From a virus, in IMG/VR virus record IMGVR_UViG_3300003323_001383: a stretch of DNA of 29,344 nucleotides; one strand, 5' to 3'. The translations under genes were made by a program, and so were the position numbers. The notes under the pieces are model-generated. The model saw only the letters and a program-made list of their open reading frames with translations, was not told the DNA's origin and searched no databases. This document shows, piece by piece, positions 23,309 through 29,344 of this stretch; positions within the stretch are counted from its first letter, which is position 1, and each line of letters opens with the position of its first letter.

Positions 23309-23391
23309 GGAGACACAACCCGATAGGCGACGGGACCGGTTTTGAAAACCGGCGAGCTACGGCCTTGGGAGTTCGACTCTCCCTGTCTCCG
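23309..23391 (+). tRNA. tRNA-Ser(TGA)
   Basis: acceptor ggagaca/tgtctcc, D arm cccg-ataggcga-cggg, anticodon arm ccggt-ttTGAaa-accgg, long variable arm, T arm gggag-ttcgact-ctccc. Confidence 0.8.
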
Positions 23392-23398
23392 CGTGTAC

Positions 23399-23481
23399 GG
23401 AAGGACCTGCCGAATGGCCGGCAACGGGACTCGAAATCCCGGGGCACCGAAAGGTGGGAGGTTCGATCCCTCGTCCTTCCG
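23399..23481 (+). tRNA. tRNA-Ser(CGA)
   Basis: acceptor ggaagga/tccttcc, D arm tgc-cgaatggccg-gca, anticodon arm cggga-ctCGAaa-tcccg, long variable arm cacc-gaaa-ggtg, T arm ggagg-ttcgatc-cctcg. Confidence 0.8.
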
Positions 23482-23495
23482 CAGTAAGATACCCC

Positions 23496-23999
23496 ATGGA
23501 GCCAATCGAGCTCGTGCGCGGCATCCGGGTCGAGAGCGTCCGCGTGGGCGCCCAGACGATGAAGGAGGTCGACCCGAGCAGGCCGGGCTCCCTCCGGCGC
23601 GGATCCACGATCTGCCACTACAACGTCACCGTCGTCTACCCGAACGGGCTGAGGAAGAACCTGTCCACGGCCTGGGACGGACTCGGAAGGAAGGTCGCGA
23701 GGGCCGTGGGGCTCAGGCTCCAGGGGAAGGCCGCGCTGGACGCCGCGCTCGAGGCGAACCGGATCGTGTTCGCGGCCGTGGAGGCCTTCCGCCAGTCGCC
23801 CGCCTGCGCCGACCTGGAGGGGAAGGCCCTGGCGGCCGAGCGCCGGAAGCTGCAGAGGCACGACGAGAGGGAGGCCGAGGCGCAGAGGAGGCGGGACGTC
23901 AACGAGATCAAGCGCTGCCTCCGGAGGACCTTCCTGACGGAGGAGCAGGTCCTGGACCTCTGGAGGGAGGCCCAGGTCTCCGAGGTCATGGAGTCCTGA
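23496..23999 (+). CDS. hypothetical protein (167 aa); C-terminus ...AQVSEVMES
   Basis: ends aggtcatggagtcctga, the same 17-mer as at 25763-25779. Confidence 0.55.
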   Translation: MEPIELVRGIRVESVRVGAQTMKEVDPSRPGSLRRGSTICHYNVTVVYPNGLRKNLSTAWDGLGRKVARAVGLRLQGKAALDAALEANRIVFAAVEAFRQSPACADLEGKALAAERRKLQRHDEREAEAQRRRDVNEIKRCLRRTFLTEEQVLDLWREAQVSEVMES

Positions 24000-24401
24000 T
24001 CAGTCGACGCGGACCTTCTTCGCGGCCTGAGGCTGGGCCGCCGGAATGACGATGGTCATATAGCCGTCCTCGACCTTCGCCGATATGGCGTCGAGGTCCG
24101 CCTTCTCGGAGATGGCGATCTTCACCGAGCTCTTCTGCCCGTCGAGCTTCCTCGTCCACTCGACCTGGAGGGACCTCGAGCTCACGGACACGTCGACGTC
24201 GCCCTTCTTGCACCCGGGCACCTCGAGCTCGACGGTGACGACCGGGAGGCCGTCGCGCTTCTCCTTCGTCACCTTGTGGGTCGAGTGCCCGAGGCGGACC
24301 GACGTCCCCTCGAGGGCGTCGTCGAAGATGGACTCGACGGTGTCCATGGCCTTGTCGAGGGCGTTCGAGATGCGGCGCACGTGCACGAAGAGGTCGTCCA
24401 T
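24000..24401 (-). CDS. small heat-shock protein (Hsp20 / alpha-crystallin domain)
   Basis: ...VELEVPGCKKGDVDVSVSSRSLQVEWTRK...AKVEDGYMTIVIP is a typical alpha-crystallin beta-sandwich signature. Confidence 0.8.
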   Translation of the reverse strand: MDDLFVHVRRISNALDKAMDTVESIFDDALEGTSVRLGHSTHKVTKEKRDGLPVVTVELEVPGCKKGDVDVSVSSRSLQVEWTRKLDGQKSSVKIAISEKADLDAISAKVEDGYMTIVIPAAQPQAAKKVRVD

Positions 24402-24410
24402 TCCGCCACT

Positions 24411-25040
24411 CTACACTCTGGAAGATGAATCGCCCGTGGGGGCGAGCCCGGTTGCTGCCCGGTGCGGACCTTCGGGTCTGGAGATCGAGCCTCCCGTCTT
24501 CCTCCACTGCCATCCACCCGACCAGCCTTCAAACAATCCTTTGAGACGCGCCTCCCTGACAGCAGGGACGATCAGCATCCAGGCTTGATAAGGCATATCT
24601 TTCCGTATATAGTTGCATCGGACGCAGGAGGGGATGACATTCGATTGGAGATGTCCGATGTCGTTATCGATCCTGTCCAACGTCATGCGACCCTCGGTCT
24701 CCAGGCAGTACGCGCAGCCACCCGATATTCGTTCTCGGATGAAATCAGCAGTCAGGTCGTTCTCCCGGCCTCGCCTCCTATCACCTTTTCTGGAATCTAT
24801 GAGAATAAATTTCTCAGGATTCAGGTTCTGAGACCTAGCCTCTCTTATCAAAGAGTTGATCCGGTCTTTCCCCGACCTGGTCCTCTTCCGAGGTGTTTTC
24901 TTATATCGAGCCCCGCGACCCTTCCCGTCACATTTCCGGCATATACTACGAGGCTTGCCGTACATCACCCTCATCAAGGATGGTTCTTTCTCCTCCCCGC
25001 AGGCCTTACATTTGATCTTTTGCGGAATAATGTCCGACAT
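24411..25040 (-). CDS. HNH endonuclease with an N-terminal Cys-rich (CxxC...CxxC) zinc-finger region; encoded mostly in a low-GC island
   Basis: KCKACG...CRKCDG zinc finger; GGCAYCLETEGRMTLDRIDNDIGHLQSNVIPSCVRCNYIRKD is the HNH core; GC drops sharply across ~24530-25100. Confidence 0.7.
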   Translation of the reverse strand: MSDIIPQKIKCKACGEEKEPSLMRVMYGKPRSICRKCDGKGRGARYKKTPRKRTRSGKDRINSLIREARSQNLNPEKFILIDSRKGDRRRGRENDLTADFIRERISGGCAYCLETEGRMTLDRIDNDIGHLQSNVIPSCVRCNYIRKDMPYQAWMLIVPAVREARLKGLFEGWSGGWQWRKTGGSISRPEGPHRAATGLAPTGDSSSRV

Positions 25041-25100
25041 CACTTCGACTTCCGCAATAGGAAGTCTCTCGCCTCCGCCTTTCCGCCGTAATCTCCGACC
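24411..25100 (-). mobile_element. putative homing-endonuclease insertion (low-GC island carrying the HNH gene)
   Basis: the only extended low-GC stretch in the window coincides with a freestanding HNH endonuclease gene. Confidence 0.35.
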
Positions 25101-25499
25101 ATGGATCCCGACCTATGCTTCATACCCGATGTCAACATCGACGATGACGATGCGGGGGAGGCGGACCGCCGCCTGGCCTACCTCCGGTCCATCATCCGGG
25201 AACGTAGGCAGGACGGGGACTGCGCCTGGTCCTTCGGGTTCGACTTCAGCGGGTCGAACCACGCGCACGGGATCGTGTACGTGGTCGACTCGCGCCCCGG
25301 GTCCACCCGAGTGTGGGAGCTCTCGAAGAAGCACGAGGAGTGGAACGGCACGCCGAGGGCCGGAAGGAGGAGGTTGTCGATGGAGCCCCCGCCTGGCCAG
25401 CAGGTCGCCCACGTCCCGAAGGGGCTGTTCCAGCTCGAGGCCGAGGACCTCGTCGCGGCCATGGCGGAGATCATGGCCGGACGGATCTTCGATGCGTAG
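25101..25499 (+). CDS. hypothetical acidic protein (132 aa)
   Basis: ATG ORF starting at the edge of the low-GC island. Confidence 0.45.
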   Translation: MDPDLCFIPDVNIDDDDAGEADRRLAYLRSIIRERRQDGDCAWSFGFDFSGSNHAHGIVYVVDSRPGSTRVWELSKKHEEWNGTPRAGRRRLSMEPPPGQQVAHVPKGLFQLEAEDLVAAMAEIMAGRIFDA

Positions 25500-25779
25500 C
25501 TGGTTCATCGTCCACCCGCTCTGGGACTGCGCGACGATGATGGCCGAGTACCACGGAGGGCGCGCTGAGGTGTTCGTCGAGTATCGGGACACCCCGTGGG
25601 AGGGGGTGAGGCCCTTCCGCATCCAGGTCGGGGAGTTCGACGGCCTGGAGATCAGGGCGTTCAACGAGATGCAGGAGAGCCTCAAGGACGTCAGGGAGTC
25701 CGCTGGGGAGGAGGGCTGGAAAAGGTTCATGGAGGAGCTCCGCAAGGCGTTCGTGATGGCCGAGGTCATGGAGTCCTGA
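25492..25779 (+). CDS. hypothetical small protein; C-terminus ...KAFVMAEVMES
   Basis: an ATG overlaps the previous stop by 8 nt (an alternative ATG lies at 25537); ends aggtcatggagtcctga. Confidence 0.45.
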   Translation: MRSWFIVHPLWDCATMMAEYHGGRAEVFVEYRDTPWEGVRPFRIQVGEFDGLEIRAFNEMQESLKDVRESAGEEGWKRFMEELRKAFVMAEVMES

Positions 25780-25872
25780 CAGCCGGTTGACGGAGGACGC
25801 CCGAAGGCGTAGAATGGCCGCATGAGAGAAAGGAGGTGCGCGATGCGGATCACAGCCTGAAGGAGGCCCCAT

Positions 25873-26271
25873 ATGAAGAAGCGCAAGCAAAGAGCGCGCC
25901 CAACGAGGCGCGTCCATAACCTGTACGTGCACGTTCTGACCGGCTCGTCGTCGATCATGTCGTACATGCACTACAGGATCCAAGACGTGTCCGTGGCCCG
26001 GCAGATAATGGCCCTCACCTTCGCCCGGGAGTGGGGAGGCAGGTCCGGCATCGACGTCAAGAGGCTCGAGGGCATCGTCGTGCGCGGACCGGTCCCCGAG
26101 GTCATCGCTCGCTACGCCAAGGAGGTCCCGGGAGCGAACCTGCGCCGCATCACGAGGGCGGTCGTCAGGACGGGCGACGTCCGCGCGATGAGGGTCCTCG
26201 CCGGCGTCCCGGGCGTGGACCGGGCCTACCTGGAGAACGCCATCGTCGTGGCGGAAGTCATGGCCGTCTGA
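25873..26271 (+). CDS. hypothetical basic protein (132 aa); C-terminus ...IVVAEVMAV
   Basis: ATG ORF; N-terminal MKKRKQRARPTRR. Confidence 0.5.
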   Translation: MKKRKQRARPTRRVHNLYVHVLTGSSSIMSYMHYRIQDVSVARQIMALTFAREWGGRSGIDVKRLEGIVVRGPVPEVIARYAKEVPGANLRRITRAVVRTGDVRAMRVLAGVPGVDRAYLENAIVVAEVMAV

Positions 26272-26287
26272 GCCTACCGCGACGGCG

Positions 26288-26728
26288 ATGAAGAGACGGA
26301 TGAGGAAGAGCGTGGAGGGGATCGAGCTCCACGCGGTGCTGGCCACGATCGCCGCCAACGGGATGGTCTACATCTCCCGCAGGACCGAGCTCGAGGGGAG
26401 GGAGCCGACCATAAGCTGGCAGCTCGCAAACCGGCTGAGCGCGGACAATTGGATCGAGATCGAGCCCGGGGACAGGCGCAACTATGCCCGGAACAGGCAC
26501 AACGCGACGACCTACCTGGAGAACGTCTACCTCGACTCCCGGCCGGGAATGCCCAAGCGCTACATGCCGCACGCGTACGACATCCCCGAGTCCTTCGTCA
26601 AGAGGATCGAGGCCGCGGGCATCAAGGGGGCGCAGTTCGACCCGAAGGAGCAGAGGATAGGGGTCCCGCTCCCGGAGTGGGAGGCGATCCTCAAGACCCT
26701 GAGGGGCGTCGGTAAGATCAGGGCGTGA
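26288..26728 (+). CDS. hypothetical protein (146 aa)
   Basis: ATG ORF; its stop overlaps the GTG start of the Nudix gene (GTGA). Confidence 0.5.
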   Translation: MKRRMRKSVEGIELHAVLATIAANGMVYISRRTELEGREPTISWQLANRLSADNWIEIEPGDRRNYARNRHNATTYLENVYLDSRPGMPKRYMPHAYDIPESFVKRIEAAGIKGAQFDPKEQRIGVPLPEWEAILKTLRGVGKIRA

Positions 26729-27132
26729 AGCGCCGATCCTCCTGCCTCGTCGCCGCGGACGACTTCGGGAACCTCCTCCTCCAGCACAGGACCGACGACG
26801 CCCCGACCTGGCCCGGCTACTGGGGCCTGTTCGGGGGAGGGCGGGAGGAGGGGGAGGACGCCCGGGCCGCCCTGGTCCGGGAGATCAGGGAGGAGATAGG
26901 CCTGGACGCGGCGGCCGCCGTCGAGGTCGGGGTCGTCGAGACCCCGGTCCTCGTCATGGACGCGTTCTTCCTCCGCCTGAGGCCGGAGCACTGCATGCCC
27001 CACGAGCTCGCCAGGGCGCAGACGGAGGGCCAGGGCCTCGGGTTCTTCCCCTTCGAGGCCGTCCGCAGGATGAAGGTCGTCCCGGAGGACGTGGAGGCGA
27101 TGCTCCTGGCCCTCAAGCTTCTCGCCCGATGA
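26725..27132 (+). CDS. Nudix hydrolase
   Basis: GLFGGGREEGEDARAALVREIREEIGL is a canonical Nudix box (GX5EX7REUXEEXGU). Confidence 0.75.
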   Translation: MKRRSSCLVAADDFGNLLLQHRTDDAPTWPGYWGLFGGGREEGEDARAALVREIREEIGLDAAAAVEVGVVETPVLVMDAFFLRLRPEHCMPHELARAQTEGQGLGFFPFEAVRRMKVVPEDVEAMLLALKLLAR

Positions 27133-27712
27133 CCTCTATCGCCTGCTCGTAGGACAGGTCGGTGCGGACCGCGACCCTGTCGGCAAGGAGGAGCGCCAGC
27201 GGCAGGGGGAGCGTCATGTTCATGATGCCGCCCTCGGGCAGGGCCTCCCGAATCCTCTCCTGGGCGAGGGAGTAGACGTCGCGCAGGACGACGGGGGAGT
27301 AGGTCCCGGATCCCGTGCTCCACGGGTCGCAGAGGCCCGGGTCCGACGTCACGAAGTGGACGGCGCACGCCGGGGGTCGGACTCTGTGCGCCGAGCACCG
27401 GCCGTCGTCCGACAGGACGGGGCAGCGGGTCCTCATCTTGAACCAGCTCTCGGACGAGCCGGTCCTGGCCAGGTCGGCGACGGACTCGCAGGCCTCCCGG
27501 ACCTTCTTCCAGAGGCCCTGGGAGCGGAGGTCCTGCACGACGACCGTCGCCTCGGCCACGGTGACCTCTATCATACGGTGGCAGCAGGAGCTGCACCCGG
27601 GGGTGCAGCTGTCCCGCGGCGCCATGGTCAGGCGCCTCTTCTCGGAGTCGGAGGCGGCCTGCATGACCGCCACCCTCACGGCGTCGACGGACGTCCCGAG
27701 GGGGACGTCCAA
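27113..27712 (-). CDS. YkgJ/UPF0153-like Cys-cluster (CxxCxxCC) protein
   Basis: CTPGCSSCCH plus downstream C..C pairs; 3' end convergent with and overlapping the Nudix gene. Confidence 0.5.
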   Translation of the reverse strand: MDVPLGTSVDAVRVAVMQAASDSEKRRLTMAPRDSCTPGCSSCCHRMIEVTVAEATVVVQDLRSQGLWKKVREACESVADLARTGSSESWFKMRTRCPVLSDDGRCSAHRVRPPACAVHFVTSDPGLCDPWSTGSGTYSPVVLRDVYSLAQERIREALPEGGIMNMTLPLPLALLLADRVAVRTDLSYEQAIEVIGREA

Positions 27713-28090
27713 TCAGGCCGTCTCCCGCCGGTCCCGCGGGATGAGGATGGAGTCTATGTCCTCCTTGTCCACCTCCGCGAAGATCAGCGACCTCGTGTAG
27801 GCGTCCGACACGAGGTTCATGGTGCTCTGCCTCATCCTCTCCTTGATGGCGGACTCCGTCGACGCCCTGGAGGCCGGGGAGGAGAGGAAGCTCCCGTCGG
27901 CCGACAGAAGGGCCTCCAGGAGCTTTGCCTTCGCCATCTCGATCAGGAGGAGCTCCGCGGCGAGCACCGGGTGGTCGCCGGGGACGTGGCAGCGCAGGAA
28001 GAGCATGCGGGCCTTCCTGCGGGCGTACAAGCCGATCGCGTCCCTGACGGGGGCGGCCGGGTTCCTGTCCTCTGCCATCACTGGTGTCAC
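27713..28090 (-). CDS. hypothetical protein (GTG at 28090 or ATG at 28078)
   Basis: minus-strand ORF with helical Ala/Leu/Glu-rich content. Confidence 0.4.
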   Translation of the reverse strand: MTPVMAEDRNPAAPVRDAIGLYARRKARMLFLRCHVPGDHPVLAAELLLIEMAKAKLLEALLSADGSFLSSPASRASTESAIKERMRQSTMNLVSDAYTRSLIFAEVDKEDIDSILIPRDRRETA

Positions 28091-28096
28091 GGTCCC

Positions 28097-28816
28097 TCAG
28101 ACTACAGCGGAGGTCGCCTTGTCCGCCTCGACCTTGCGGACGAGGGAGTCGACGCGGTCGTCCTTGGGCTCGGCCTTCGCCGGCTCCGGCTTGGCCGCCT
28201 TGGGGGCCTTGGGCGCCTTCGGCTTCGGGGCCGCCTTCGCAGCGCCGGTGGCCATGCTCAGCTGGCTGTCGACGTTCGAGATCTCCGGGTCGTTGTTGAC
28301 CAGGTTGTAGAACGTCTGCTTCGACCAGTAGCCCCACTTGGAGACCGTCTGGGAGTAGGCCTCGGTCGTGTGGATGGTGGTGCCGGCGGGGAGGCCGCGG
28401 AGCAGGTCCTTGACCGCCGTGCGGATGGACGGGCGCCCCTCGACCGGGGCCTTCTCCTCGGGCTTCGGGGAGGCGGGCGCCTTGGCCGGCTTCGCCGGTG
28501 CCTTGGCAGCGGGCTTCGCGGGGGCCGGCTTCGCGGGGGCGGGCTTGGCCGGAGCGGCCGGGGCCGCGACGATCGTCACACCGACTTCCATCTTCTTGAA
28601 GACGTGGCCGGTGATGGTGACCCGCTCGCCCTTCTTGAACGCCGACAGGTCGACCGTCTTGGCGAAGTGGTACACGGTCTTGCCCAGCGTCACGGTGTGC
28701 GCCTTGACGTCGATCGCCTTGATCGCGCCAGTGGTCGCACTGTTGGTGGCGGCAAAGGCCGCGGTGCCGGTCGCAAGGGAAGCAACCAGAACGAGCGGAA
28801 GCAGGAATTTGCGCAT
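28097..28816 (-). CDS. secreted protein with Pro-Ala-Lys (PAKPA) low-complexity repeats
   Basis: signal peptide MRKFLLPLVLVASLATGTAAFA (ATG at 28816); PAKPAPAKPAPAKPAAKAPAKPAKAP and KAAPKPKAPKAPKAAKPEP tracts. Confidence 0.6.
   Translation of the reverse strand: MRKFLLPLVLVASLATGTAAFAATNSATTGAIKAIDVKAHTVTLGKTVYHFAKTVDLSAFKKGERVTITGHVFKKMEVGVTIVAAPAAPAKPAPAKPAPAKPAAKAPAKPAKAPASPKPEEKAPVEGRPSIRTAVKDLLRGLPAGTTIHTTEAYSQTVSKWGYWSKQTFYNLVNNDPEISNVDSQLSMATGAAKAAPKPKAPKAPKAAKPEPAKAEPKDDRVDSLVRKVEADKATSAVV
28440..28560. repeat. short tandem nucleotide repeats (ggcttcgcggggg-like units) encoding the PAKPA tract
   Basis: ccggcttcgccgg...gggcttcgcgggggccggcttcgcgggggcgggcttggccgg, read directly from the sequence; coding, not a CRISPR array. 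Confidence 0.5.
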
Positions 28817-28975
28817 TGATGGTCTCCGGTAAGGCCCGGCGACGCTGCCGGGCGAATTGCTCCGACACATCCCGTGTCGGCGGAGACGTTCTAGAAAAAC
28901 CCCTTTGCACGCCCTTTTCGCCAATCTTACATCGGCGCAAAGTTCGAGGCTGGCTGTGTAAGGTTCGCTGTCGGC

Positions 28976-29293
28976 CTAGTGATCCTGCCGGAATTCGACG
29001 CCGATCTCCTTGAGGCGGCGCCACTTGATCCGGCACGGCTGCTTGCTATGGCCGTCGAGCAGCAGATCGAACGTATCGGGGATGCCCACGACGGAGCTCA
29101 CCAGCAACTTGGCGCCGGTCGAAGACAGGTTGCGGATCGTACAGTCGATCGTCGAGCGGCCGGCATTGAACACGATCTTGCCGCCCTTGAGGGTGCTACG
29201 GCGCTGCGCGTTGCGCTTGTCGCCGTCGGTATCCGTCATGGTCATCGCCGCCTCCATTCGCTGCGTAGATATGAGCTGAATGCGCCGCGACAA
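28976..29293 (-). CDS. PilZ-domain protein (putative c-di-GMP binding)
   Basis: NAQRRSTLKGGKIVF (RxxxR) and TIRNLSSTGAKL (D/NxSxxG) motifs, spaced as in PilZ. Confidence 0.6.
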   Translation of the reverse strand: MSRRIQLISTQRMEAAMTMTDTDGDKRNAQRRSTLKGGKIVFNAGRSTIDCTIRNLSSTGAKLLVSSVVGIPDTFDLLLDGHSKQPCRIKWRRLKEIGVEFRQDH

Positions 29294-29344
29294 TATCGGT
29301 TTCGCTCCGGATTTCCCGGGCTTTTCATCAAGTTGAGTTAATGC

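Noticed and set aside
22093-23505. 470-aa minus-strand ORF spanning the HNH gene, a + strand CDS and three tRNA-Ser genes
   Set aside because: It runs antisense through clear tRNA genes and a motif-bearing HNH CDS; the composition is artefactual.
28150-28560. Possible CRISPR or tandem-repeat array
   Set aside because: The repeats are imperfect, in-frame and encode the PAKPA low-complexity tract of a secreted protein. There are no spacer-like unique segments.
26817-29036. 739-aa minus-strand ORF
   Set aside because: It overlaps four shorter genes with recognisable motifs (Nudix, CxxCxxCC, signal peptide protein); the translation is Arg/Gly/Pro-rich.

Overview
This is a GC-rich (~68%) window, best explained as a large phage or prophage-like accessory region. 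It carries about 37 tRNA genes in eight clusters (406-557, 2084-2757, 3588-3734, 7147-7338, 11554-12119, 12497-13748, 14530-17569, 19018-23481), interleaved with small, mostly + strand ORFs. Recognisable proteins include a FliA/sigma-28-family sigma factor, an HU-like protein, a Ro60/TROVE-like vWA protein, a standalone CheY-like receiver, a CX5R phosphatase, an Hsp20, a Nudix hydrolase and two HNH endonucleases. A JAB/JAMM protein, a small beta-grasp-like ORF and a minimal E1 (ThiF-family) enzyme sit together at 9387-11466, which looks like a ubiquitin-like conjugation cassette. Three findings stand out. (1) Three consecutive tRNA genes (Tyr-like, Gly-TCC, Gln-TTG at 11554-12119) each carry a related ~60-nt insertion between the anticodon stem and the T stem. 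A composite tRNA-like element at 1721-1956 and an orphan 3' half at 2760-2821 are related. (2) At least ten unrelated small proteins end in the same C-terminal tetrapeptide, V-M-[E/D/S/A]-[S/T/G/D/V]: nine have VME[S/T/G], VMDS or VMAV as the last four residues and one ends VMSD (e.g. ...EVMES). (3) The Ro60-like protein lies inside the tRNA array, near the aberrant tRNA-like RNAs. The last ~2.2 kb (27.1-29.3 kb) has chromosomal-looking genes (a YkgJ-like Cys-cluster protein, a secreted PAKPA-repeat protein, a PilZ protein) and may be host flank. tRNA coordinates and anticodons were folded by eye and are approximate to +/-2 nt. Protein functions were inferred from motifs I recognise, not from database searches. 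Many long ORFs in other frames are GC-frame artefacts and are not reported.
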